A stretch of 64,000 bases of DNA, from assembly GCA_016214005.1 (NCBI GenBank), contig JACRPK010000006.1:17719-81718 (forward strand). The letters are read 5' to 3'. The DNA is from Candidatus Wolfebacteria bacterium (lineage in GTDB: Bacteria > Patescibacteriota > Minisyncoccia > UBA6257 > UBA9933). Positions 55,817 to 64,000 of this stretch are shown one piece after another; positions within the stretch are counted from its first letter, which is position 1, and each line of letters begins with the position of its first letter. A program made the position numbers and the translations under genes. The notes below the pieces were generated by a model. The model was given only the letters and a program-made list of their open reading frames with translations. It was not told the origin of the DNA and did not search any database.

Positions 55817-55952
55817 TTTTAAATTTGTATAATACAATCATATTTTGGATTTTATTCTCGCTAACGTTTCGCGCAAAAACACGCTATCATTTCGTTACAG
55901 GCGGAATGCGCTCGGCTCCATGCCTGCCGGCAGGCAGGTCGACCTCGCTCGC

Positions 55953-56112
55953 CAAGAAAATATGTTTTTCAGAATGTTCCCTCACCCTTGAACAAGGGTG
56001 AGGGAGAAGGCTAAAAAGCTTGGTCTCCGAAGGAGTTTTTAGCCTGAGAGCCAAGCTCTTGATTTTTCGCTGGAAAAAATCAAAGAGCGGTTCTGAAAAA
56101 CATATTTTCTTG
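55953..56112. mobile_element. MITE-like structured repeat copy 3 (extra internal hairpin CCCTCACCCTTGAACAAGGGTGAGGG)
   Basis: Same TIRs and core as copies 1 and 2. Palindrome flank at ~55922. Confidence 0.6.
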
Positions 56113-56247
56113 GCATCATATCCATTCGGCCTGCGAGACGATTTTTTAGCGAAACGCTGGCGGAGATATTATTGGCATATAGTCTAAGATAGGGTTGCAT
56201 TATACAATATTTTGACAATTATTTAATTTTGAGTATAATTGAAAAAT

Positions 56248-56630
56248 CGGCAAGGAAACGATAGCCCGCCAAAATTTTGTTTTGCAAAATTTAGGCGGGA
56301 GGAAGGTCCGGACACTCATAAAAACAAATACGGGTTAACGGCCCGCCGTGGCAATACGAGAGGTGCGAGCAGTGACGCTTTGATTTGAAAAAATTAAAGG
56401 AGCCATATCCCAACGTAAAGGTTTAATTCCGCCATAGGGATAAAAAAGCGGAAGTGAAACGGCTAAATCCTTATTGGGTGCAAGGCCGAACCTGCTAAAA
56501 TTCTTTTAGGAATTTAGGCAGGGGTGCCGCTAGAACTTGCGAGCAATCGCAGGTCCAGATAAATTATCGTTAGGATTCTTAAAGAGTCCGTACACAGAAT
56601 CCGGCCTATCACTTGCCGATTTTTAGTTGA
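56248..56630 (+). ncRNA. rnpB: RNase P RNA (bacterial type), with its own TTGACA-16-TATAAT promoter at 56212-56239
   Basis: GGAGGAAGGTCCGGAC (P4 5' strand region) and ACAGAATCCGGCCTATC (P4 3' strand). The P1 pairing is CGGCAAG…GATAGCC with GGCCTATC…CTTGCCG. Confidence 0.65.
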
Positions 56631-56665
56631 CAAAAATAATTTAATTTTGATAAACTGAAAACTCA

Positions 56666-57079
56666 ATGCCAACAATTAATCAACTAATTAAAAAGAAAAG
56701 AAAAAGCGTGGAGAAAAAATCAAAATCCGCGGCTTTGGGTTTTTATTTTAATAATATTTTAAACAGGCCGGTTTATTCCGAATCTCCTTTTAAGCGCGGC
56801 GTTTGTTTGAAAGTTTTTACTACTACTCCGAAAAAACCGAACTCAGCGCTTCGTAAAGTCGCAAGAGTAAGACTTTCAAACGGCATGGAAGTAACCGCTT
56901 ATATTCCCGGTGTCGGACATAATTTGCAGGAACACTCTGTGGTGATGATAAGAGGCGGCAGGGTGAAAGATTTGCCTGGCGTAAGATATCATATTGTCCG
57001 CGGTGTTTTAGACGCCACTGGCGTTGACGGAAGAAAACAGGAAAGAAGTAAATATGGAGTCAAAAAACCTAAAAAATAA
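56666..57079 (+). CDS. rpsL: 30S ribosomal protein S12
   Basis: PTINQLI…[15 protein letters not shown]…[10 protein letters not shown]. Confidence 0.9.
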   Translation: MPTINQLIKKKRKSVEKKSKSAALGFYFNNILNRPVYSESPFKRGVCLKVFTTTPKKPNSALRKVARVRLSNGMEVTAYIPGVGHNLQEHSVVMIRGGRVKDLPGVRYHIVRGVLDATGVDGRKQERSKYGVKKPKK

Positions 57080-57082
57080 TTT

Positions 57083-57550
57083 ATGAGAAAAAAGAAAAAA
57101 TATAAAAGAGACCACGAACCGGATATTAATTTTAACAGCGTAATAGTTGGGCGTTTTGTTAATTTTTTAATGAAAGACGGGAAAAAATCAACGGCTGAAA
57201 AAATTTTGTATGATTGCTTTGAAAACGTTAAAAGAGAAACAAAACAAGAGCCGCTTGAAGTTTTTGAAAAAGCGATAAATAACGCTTCGCCGATGCTTGA
57301 AGTGATTTCAAAAAGAGTGGGCGGGGCCAATTATCAGGTGCCTCGCGAAATCCGTCCGGACAGAAAATTCTTTTTGGCTTGCAATTGGATAATTAACGCC
57401 GCTAAATCAAAGAAAGGGAAAGAAATGAGCAAAAAATTGGCCGAAGAGCTGATTTTGGCCCTTAAAAATGAAGGAACGGCAATTAAGAAAAAACAAGATA
57501 TGCACAGAATGGCGGAAGCTAATCGCGCTTTCGCGCATTTTGCAAGATAA
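57083..57550 (+). CDS. rpsG: 30S ribosomal protein S7
   Basis: RFVNFLMKDGKKSTAEKI and C-terminal conserved region. Confidence 0.9.
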   Translation: MRKKKKYKRDHEPDINFNSVIVGRFVNFLMKDGKKSTAEKILYDCFENVKRETKQEPLEVFEKAINNASPMLEVISKRVGGANYQVPREIRPDRKFFLACNWIINAAKSKKGKEMSKKLAEELILALKNEGTAIKKKQDMHRMAEANRAFAHFAR

Positions 57551-57596
57551 AGCAGCGGTATGTTTAAAAGTTTAAACGCCGCTGGTTTTTAATTTT

Positions 57597-59705
57597 ATGA
57601 GACAATACGCTCTGGAAAAATATAGAAATATTGGGATCATCGCTCACATTGACGCAGGAAAAACAACCGTTTCTGAGCGCGTTCTTTTTTATACTGGAAT
57701 GTCTCATAAAATCGGTGAAGTTCACGAGGGTTCAACAACAATGGATTGGATGGAGCAAGAAAGAGAACGCGGCATCACAATCACTTCAGCGGCCACTACT
57801 TGCTTTTGGACGCCGACTTATCGACAAGGCGATAAAAAATACGAACACAGAATTAATTTGATAGATACTCCCGGACATATTGATTTTACGGTTGAAGTTA
57901 AAAGATCTTTAAGAGTTCTTGATGGCGCGGTGGTTGTTTTTGACGGAGTTTCCGGAGTGGAACCGCAATCAGAAACAAATTGGCATTATGCCGATGAGTA
58001 TCGCGTGCCGAGAATTTGTTTTATCAATAAATTAGACAGAATGGGAGCGAGTTTCGAAAGATCATATCAGTCAATTCTTGATCGCTTAACTAAAAATGCT
58101 TTTCCGATTCAGTTGCCGATCGGCCTGGAATCGGTTTTTGAAGGAGTAATTGATTTGATAAAAATGAAAGCCTATCGCTTTGAAGGCGAGCTCGGCGAAA
58201 AAATCATTGAAAGTGAAATTCCTGAAAATATGAAATCAGAAGCGCAAATAGCCCGCGCGACTTTGCTTGAAAAAATCGTTGAGTACGACGATGTTTTGAT
58301 GGAAAAATATTTAGGTCAAGGAGAATTAACCGAAGAAGAAATTGTAAAAACAATTCGCAAGGCGACAATCAACGACGGATTCGTGCCGGTTTTGTGCGGT
58401 TCAGCTTTGAAAAATAAAGGAGTGCAATTGATGCTTGACGCGGTTTTAAATTATTTGCCGTCTCCTTTGGATTTAGCGCAAATTAAGCCAATCAAAGGCA
58501 TTGATTTGAAAACTAACGAAGAAATTATCCGCCAGCCAGATGATGCCGAACCTTTTACCGCTTTGGCTTTTAAAATTGCCACTGATCCATATGTCGGCAG
58601 TTTGACTTTTTTCAGAATTTATTCAGGTTCAATTAAAAAAGGCAGCTATATTTTAAATTCAGTCAAAGACAACCAAGAGCGCGTTTCTCGTATTATGCGC
58701 ATGCATGCCAATAAGCGGGAAGAAGTTGATGAATTTTATACTGGAGATATTGGCGCCATTGTCGGTTTGAAAGATACGACCACCGGCGATACTCTTTGCG
58801 ATCCGGATAAGCCGGTGATTTTGGAAAAAATCATTTTCCCGAATCCGGTTATTTCAATTAGGATTGAACCTAAAACCAAAGCTGACCAGGAAAAAATCGG
58901 CATTGCTTTGAGGCGCCTGGCTGATGAAGATCCGACATTTAAAGTTGCGGGTGATCCGGAAACTGGCGAAACAATTATTTCCGGAATGGGCGAACTTCAT
59001 TTGGAAATTATCGTTGATAGAATGAAGCGCGAATTTGGCGTTGAAGCTAACGTCGGCCGGCCGCAAGTGGCTTATAAAGAAACTATTAAAGGCGCGTCTG
59101 AAGCCGAAGGAAAATATATCAGGCAATCCGGCGGACGCGGACAATACGGCCATGTTTGGATTAAAATTAAAGCCTTGGAACGCGGCAAGGGCTTTGAATT
59201 TGTTGATGAAATTAAGGGGGGAACTATTCCTCAGGAATTTATTGCGCCGGTTGGAAAAGGCGTTAAAGAAGCGCTGGACAAAGGCGTTGTTGCAGGTTAT
59301 CCTATTGTTGATGTTGAGGTAACGCTTTTTGACGGATCTTTTCATGAAGTTGATTCTTCGGAATCGGCTTTTAAAATAGCCGGATCAATCGCTTTACAAG
59401 AAGCGGTGAAAAATGCTAAGCCGATTATTTTAGAGCCGATTATGAAAGTTCAGGTTCTAGCGCCTCAAGATTTTTTGGGTGATATTACCGGAGATTTGCA
59501 AAGCAAGCGCGGCAAAATTGAATCATTGGGAGAGAGGGGAAATGCAAAGGTTATTGATGTCAAAGTTCCTCTTTCGGAAATGTTTGGTTATGCCACAAAG
59601 CTTCGTTCAATGACTCAGGGCCGCGGAAGTTTTTCAATGGAATTTGATACCTATGAAGAAGTTCCGAAAAATATAGAAGCTCAAATTATTGAAGGTAAAA
59701 AATAA
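57597..59705 (+). CDS. fusA: elongation factor G
   Basis: [22 protein letters not shown], and the full five-domain length of 702 aa. Confidence 0.95.
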   Translation: MRQYALEKYRNIGIIAHIDAGKTTVSERVLFYTGMSHKIGEVHEGSTTMDWMEQERERGITITSAATTCFWTPTYRQGDKKYEHRINLIDTPGHIDFTVEVKRSLRVLDGAVVVFDGVSGVEPQSETNWHYADEYRVPRICFINKLDRMGASFERSYQSILDRLTKNAFPIQLPIGLESVFEGVIDLIKMKAYRFEGELGEKIIESEIPENMKSEAQIARATLLEKIVEYDDVLMEKYLGQGELTEEEIVKTIRKATINDGFVPVLCGSALKNKGVQLMLDAVLNYLPSPLDLAQIKPIKGIDLKTNEEIIRQPDDAEPFTALAFKIATDPYVGSLTFFRIYSGSIKKGSYILNSVKDNQERVSRIMRMHANKREEVDEFYTGDIGAIVGLKDTTTGDTLCDPDKPVILEKIIFPNPVISIRIEPKTKADQEKIGIALRRLADEDPTFKVAGDPETGETIISGMGELHLEIIVDRMKREFGVEANVGRPQVAYKETIKGASEAEGKYIRQSGGRGQYGHVWIKIKALERGKGFEFVDEIKGGTIPQEFIAPVGKGVKEALDKGVVAGYPIVDVEVTLFDGSFHEVDSSESAFKIAGSIALQEAVKNAKPIILEPIMKVQVLAPQDFLGDITGDLQSKRGKIESLGERGNAKVIDVKVPLSEMFGYATKLRSMTQGRGSFSMEFDTYEEVPKNIEAQIIEGKK

Positions 59706-59707
59706 TT

Positions 59708-60049
59708 ATGGAACACATAATTGACGCAACAAATAAAAAAATTGGAAGATTAGCTTCAGAAATAGCTGTTATTTTGCAAGGCAAAAAAAGCGCTAAATAT
59801 GAGCCGCGTCTTGAAGGCGATGCAAAAGTAATTGTTAAAAATATCGGCAAAGTTGAAGTGGGCCAGAAAAAAGAAACTCAAAGAATTTACTATCGCCACA
59901 CGACTCAAATCGGTCATTTGAAGGAGCAGTCTCTTGGCATGCTTATTGAAAAAAAAGGCGTTGGGGCGGCTTTGAAAAAAATGGTGATGGGCATGCTTCC
60001 GAAAAATAAATTAAGAATCAGAAGAATTAAAAAATTAATTATAGAATAA
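59708..60049 (+). CDS. rplM: 50S ribosomal protein L13
   Basis: IIDATNKKIGRLASEIA…YYRHTTQIGHLK…GMLPKNKL. Confidence 0.85.
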   Translation: MEHIIDATNKKIGRLASEIAVILQGKKSAKYEPRLEGDAKVIVKNIGKVEVGQKKETQRIYYRHTTQIGHLKEQSLGMLIEKKGVGAALKKMVMGMLPKNKLRIRRIKKLIIE

Positions 60050-60540
60050 TGGAAAAAACAATAAAACCAAAAGTTAAAAAAGTTGTTGAAAAAGCAGAAA
60101 AAAGCGAGAAAGCGGCAAAACCGGCCGTTAAAAAAATTTCTCCAGAAAAAAAAGAAAAATATTTTGAAGCTGTCGGCAGAAGAAAAACCGCTGTTGCTCG
60201 CGTAAGGCTTTATACAAAAAAAGACGGCATTATCGTTAATGGAAAAAATTATACCGATTATTTTCCATTGCTTCGTTGGCAAAAAGAAATTGTTGCGCCG
60301 ATTGAAAAAATGAAAATCAACGATAAGCTTGGCGCGACTATCATAGTAAAAGGCAGCGGCGTTTCAGCTCAGGCGATAGCTGTCCGCCATGGAATTTCCA
60401 GGGCTTTGGTTAAATTCAATGCCGAATTTAAAAAGCGTTTGCGCAAAGCTGGATATTTATTAAGAGATCCGCGGGCTGTGGAAAGGAAAAAATACGGGCG
60501 TCACAAGGCCAGAAGAGGTCATCAGTGGAGGAAGAGATAG
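60049..60540 (+). CDS. rpsI: 30S ribosomal protein S9 with Lys-rich N-terminal extension
   Basis: GRRKTAVARVRL…C-terminal GHQWRKR-type tail. ~35-aa basic extension. Confidence 0.85.
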   Translation: MEKTIKPKVKKVVEKAEKSEKAAKPAVKKISPEKKEKYFEAVGRRKTAVARVRLYTKKDGIIVNGKNYTDYFPLLRWQKEIVAPIEKMKINDKLGATIIVKGSGVSAQAIAVRHGISRALVKFNAEFKKRLRKAGYLLRDPRAVERKKYGRHKARRGHQWRKR

Positions 60541-60576
60541 TTCTATCGATTATTTCTTAATTTCTTATATAATCCT

Positions 60577-60951
60577 ATTGTTGTTAATGAAGTTGGGGAA
60601 ATTATTCTTGTTCGTCATAAATACGGAGAAGGATTATTTTTGCCAGGCGGCAAAGTACGTAAAAATGAAAAAGATGAAGATGCTTTGCGTCGCGAACTTA
60701 AAGAAGAAATTGGTCTTGAAATTAATGGACTTGTTGAAAAATTTGGCGAATATCAAAATAATTACGAATATAAAAAAGATACGATTATTATATTTGTCGT
60801 TAAATCGTTTAATATTTCGCCAAAATACCACTTTGAAATTGACGAGTGGAAATTTGTTAATCCAAAAGATCTTCCGAGAGGAACTTCTCCGGGAACGCGT
60901 CGAAGAATAGGGGAGTGGCTTAATCAGCGACCGATTAGCGGTCAATGGTAA
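60577..60951 (+). CDS. Nudix hydrolase, no canonical start codon
   Basis: Nudix box GGKVRKNEKDEDALRRELKEEIGLE. Frame is open from 60541, right after the rpsI TAG. In-frame upstream codons are PIVVNEVGEIILVRHKYGEGLF. No ATG/GTG in frame, only TTG (60640) or ATT (60577). Confidence 0.55.
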   Translation: MVVNEVGEIILVRHKYGEGLFLPGGKVRKNEKDEDALRRELKEEIGLEINGLVEKFGEYQNNYEYKKDTIIIFVVKSFNISPKYHFEIDEWKFVNPKDLPRGTSPGTRRRIGEWLNQRPISGQW

Positions 60952-60964
60952 AAAGGAGGTTATT

Positions 60965-61969
60965 GTGATGTTTGAAAAGAGGTTGTGCGGCTGTTGTAGC
61001 GGAGCCAATGAAATTTTTATTGGCGGAACAGAAAGCGATATTAAATATATTGAAAATTATCTTTCAAATATTAGAGCGCTTGATCCAATAGAAATTGCAA
61101 TTCTTCCAAATCCGATAAATTTAGCATCAATAAATTCCAATATTTTAAATGAAATTATTGATGTTGGATTATTTCGCAGATCAATTGATTTTTGTTTTAA
61201 ATTGTGCCGTGAAATATATGCTGTAAAAATTTATCCGATTAAGGATGATCGTTATTATATTGCCCAACCACCAGATGATGACATCGGAGGATTTTATAGT
61301 TCGCATATATTGGGATATCAATATTGGTATCATGCGGCGTTTGTTGTAGTTCTTAATTCAAGAGTTGCGGATAAAAAACTTCGGACAATTGAATTGGTTC
61401 GCGGCGTTTTGCATGATTATTTGCATCATTCAACTTTCAGATCGTTTAAAAGAGCTATTCGTATGCCATCTATATCGTCAAAAATAGCTAAACATCGAAT
61501 TCCTGAAATATATCGCGAACAATACGGAATTAATTTTAGAAATCAAGGCGGTCTTTCATATTCTTCGGTATCGCTCACATGCCAATCTCCGGAAACAATA
61601 AATCTTAATCTTTTAATGGATGGAGTTATTATTTTGATTGTCGCCGATCTTATAAAAAGATTTTGTGATAGCTATGCTTTTGGCAATAAAAGTGAAATTG
61701 AAAAAGAGATTTTAAAAGAAATCATTCTTGATCAATTTGACGCGTCAATATTGCCGTCGGCTTTTAATTTTTATAAAGAAATTATTGAACCGACAAAATT
61801 ATTTATTGATCGTTGGGGCGGTCAAGATTTTATGGTTCTTATTTTACAGGCGATGATAAGCGGTGAACTTTCGAAATTAAAAAAATTTTTCGAAAAAGAA
61901 ACTGGCATTATCAATGCTTGGGAAAAAAAATTTAAGCGCTTAAACTTTAATTTACCATTCAGTTTTTAG
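60965..61969 (+). CDS. hypothetical protein, 334 aa
   Basis: RBS AAAAGGAGG, then GTGATG. No recognisable motif. Confidence 0.5.
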   Translation: MMFEKRLCGCCSGANEIFIGGTESDIKYIENYLSNIRALDPIEIAILPNPINLASINSNILNEIIDVGLFRRSIDFCFKLCREIYAVKIYPIKDDRYYIAQPPDDDIGGFYSSHILGYQYWYHAAFVVVLNSRVADKKLRTIELVRGVLHDYLHHSTFRSFKRAIRMPSISSKIAKHRIPEIYREQYGINFRNQGGLSYSSVSLTCQSPETINLNLLMDGVIILIVADLIKRFCDSYAFGNKSEIEKEILKEIILDQFDASILPSAFNFYKEIIEPTKLFIDRWGGQDFMVLILQAMISGELSKLKKFFEKETGIINAWEKKFKRLNFNLPFSF

Positions 61970-62063
61970 ATTTAATGAATTTATAAGGCGTCCAATGACG
62001 CCTTTTTTTATTAAATTAAATTTAAAGTTGACAAAGATTATTTTATTTTGATATTATTTAAAA

Positions 62064-62330
62064 ATGCTTACAACTCGCCAAAAACTAAACGTTATAAAAG
62101 AGTCAGCCCTGCATGATACCGATACCGGTTCGGTTGAAATTCAGGTTTCGCTTTTGACAAAACAAATCAGCGAATTGACTGATCACTTAAAAACCCACAA
62201 GAAAGATAACCATTCTCGTCGGGGACTTTTAAAAATGGTTGGCAAAAGAAAAAAACTTCTCAGTTATCTTGAAAAAAATAATCCTAAAAGTTATGCGTCT
62301 TTGATAAGAAAATTGGGATTGAAAAAATAA
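62064..62330 (+). CDS. rpsO: 30S ribosomal protein S15
   Basis: …DTGSVEIQVSLLTKQI…HLKTHKKDNHSRRGLL…. Confidence 0.9.
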   Translation: MLTTRQKLNVIKESALHDTDTGSVEIQVSLLTKQISELTDHLKTHKKDNHSRRGLLKMVGKRKKLLSYLEKNNPKSYASLIRKLGLKK

Positions 62331-62333
62331 GAT

Positions 62334-62834
62334 ATGATTCATCGCAACCAGCGTGTCGGAATATTTATAGACGTTCAGAATTTATATCATTCCACAAAAC
62401 ATCTTTATAGCGGCCGCGTTAATTATCGCGAACTTATAAAATCTTTGACAGCCGGCCGGCAACTTATTAGGGCAATCGGCTATGTTGTTAAAAGTGAAAC
62501 CGCTTTTGGAGAAACTTCTTTTTTTGAAGCTTTGAAAAAATCCGGCGTTGAGCTAAGAATGAAAGATCTGCAAATTTTTCCGGGAGGAGTTAAAAAGGCT
62601 GATTGGGATGTCGGCATGGCGGTTGACGCCATCAGGATGGCGGGCTCGCTTGATACTGTTGTGCTTGCAACCGGAGACGGAGATTTTGTTCCTTTGGTTG
62701 AATATTTAAAATGGGGGCTGGGAAAAGAGGTTGAAGTGGCGGCTTTTAGCAGAAGCTCTTCGGCCAAATTAAAAGAAGCAGCCGATTTTTTCATTGATCT
62801 GGAAAGATTGCCAAGAATGATAATAAAAAAATAA
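62334..62834 (+). CDS. NYN-domain (LabA-like) protein
   Basis: VGIFIDVQNLY…DWDVGMAVDAI…VVLATGDGDFVPLVEYL… matches the NYN/LabA family. Confidence 0.7.
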   Translation: MIHRNQRVGIFIDVQNLYHSTKHLYSGRVNYRELIKSLTAGRQLIRAIGYVVKSETAFGETSFFEALKKSGVELRMKDLQIFPGGVKKADWDVGMAVDAIRMAGSLDTVVLATGDGDFVPLVEYLKWGLGKEVEVAAFSRSSSAKLKEAADFFIDLERLPRMIIKK

Positions 62835-62839
62835 AAATA

Positions 62840-64000
62840 TGAGTTTAAATAAAAAAGAATTTAAAATTGATTTTGCGGGACAGCCTTTGACTTTGGCTGT
62901 TTCAAAAATAGCCGAACAGGCCAATGCCGCGGTTTTGGGAACCTATGGAGATACTTCGGTTTTAGCAACCGTTGTTATTGGAAAAAATGATAAGCCGATT
63001 GATTTTTTCCCATTAACCGTTGATTATGAAGAAAAATTTTACGCTGCCGGAAAAATTATCGGCAGTCGTTTTGTGCGCCGCGAAGGCAGGCCGTCGGAGG
63101 CCGCTGTTTTGTCGGGCCGATTGATTGATCGCACCATCAGGCCGCTTTTTGATCACAGAATGCGCCGCGATGTCCAGGTTGTCATTACGGTTCTTTCTTA
63201 TGATGAAGAAAATGATCCGGATTTCATCGCTTTGCTTTCAGCCTCAACCGCTTTGGCGATTTCCGATATTCCTTGGAATGGGCCGGCCGCCGGCGTAAGA
63301 ATTGCGCGGACAAAAGATGACAAAACTATTATCAATCCGTTGAATTCTGTTTTTTCCGATTTAACAAAAATTTCTTTTGACGCTTTCGCATCCGGAACAA
63401 AAGAAAAATTGAATATGATTGAATTGGGCGGTTATGAAGCAGTTGAAAGCGGCGTGGTTGAAAGTTTTGATGAAGCTCATAAAGAAATCGGCAAGCTGGT
63501 TGATTTTCAAAAAGAAATTGTCGCTAAAATCGGCAAGAAAAAATTATTAATTCCATTGGCTGAACCGGAAAAAGAAATCAAAGAAAAAGCAGAAGCGTTT
63601 TTAAGCAACAAATTGGAAGAAGCGGTTTATGTCAAAGATAAAGTTGAAAGGCAAAATAAAATAGACGAAGTAAAAGAATCATTTAAAAAACATTTGGAGG
63701 AAATTTCCGAGGAAGCCGCCAAATTAACAGACCATTTATTTGAAGAAAAACTTGACGAAATCGTCCATAAAAATATTATTCAAAGCGATAAACGGCCGGA
63801 CGGAAGAAGGCTTGATGAGGTAAGAGAACTTTACGCTGAAATTGGCTTATTCAAGCGCCTTCACGGGTCAGCGTTGTTTTGCCGCGGCAATACGCAATCT
63901 TTGGCTGTGACGACCTTAGCGGCTCCCGGAGCCGAACAATTAGTTGAAACAATGGAAATTTCCGGCAAGCGCAGGTTTATGCTTCATTATAATTTCCCCC
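62840..64000 (+). CDS. pnp: polynucleotide phosphorylase, 3' part missing (gene continues off the right edge)
   Basis: N-terminal RNase PH-like domain FAGQPLTLAVSKIAEQANAAVLG…RREGRPSEAAVLSGRLIDRTIRPLF. No stop before the window end. Confidence 0.9.

Noticed and set aside
60578-60910. 110-aa ORF overlapping the Nudix gene in another frame
   Set aside because: The Nudix box is in the other frame. This frame gives a low-complexity translation.

Overview
This is a low-GC (~33%) bacterial window that looks like a Candidate Phyla Radiation / Patescibacteria-type genome. The signs are a short UvrA, a short PilB, ribosomal protein S9 with a Lys-rich N-terminal extension, a 16S gene unlinked from 23S and carrying an expansion insert, and many type IV pilin genes. 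Conserved core content:
- 16S rRNA (35740..37322), tRNA-Gln(CUG) (minus strand, 27758..27831) and RNase P RNA (56248..56630).
- Ribosomal and translation genes rpmB, rpmE, rpsL-rpsG-fusA, rplM-rpsI, rpsO-pnp(partial), fmt-def.
- uvrA and a PolX gene flanked by two receiver-only response regulators.
- Two type IV pilus gene sets (pilB-pilC with pilins, and pilC2 with pilins) on either side of the 16S gene.
- Three tandem toxin-antitoxin modules (hicBA, a relE-like pair, hicBA) plus a deleted hicBA remnant.
- Five paralogous VirB2/TrbC-like small membrane proteins.
The most unusual part is a ~17 kb island (about 870..17500). An ~85 bp sigma70-type promoter cassette (TTGACT/TTAACT, 16-17 nt, TATAAT, then TAGAAACTTTGAAAAATA) is repeated eight times there, each copy driving a separate module. 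The modules encode peptide-modifying enzymes: two M16 metallopeptidases, a C39-like cysteine peptidase, two GNATs, two radical SAM/SPASM enzymes, an ATP-grasp ligase and an aminoglycoside-phosphotransferase-fold kinase-like protein. Each enzyme is followed by a tiny hydrophilic peptide ORF of 30-66 aa, several coupled by an AAAGGAGGTGA ribosome-binding site and stop/start overlap. This looks like a multi-precursor RiPP-like (ribosomally synthesised, post-translationally modified peptide) system that is not obviously described. Other anomalies:
- an in-frame TAA inside one radical SAM gene;
- a frameshift in a lipoprotein gene;
- a 41 bp tandem duplication splitting another gene;
- a high-GC foreign gene captured behind a cassette promoter;
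- a structured MITE-like repeat in three copies;
- an 18 bp palindromic operator in five copies around a TrpR/YerC-like regulator;
- a 20 bp perfect palindrome in four copies;
- a purine-only ~380 bp tract with G homopolymers;
- a 16S 3' end with no recognisable anti-Shine-Dalgarno.
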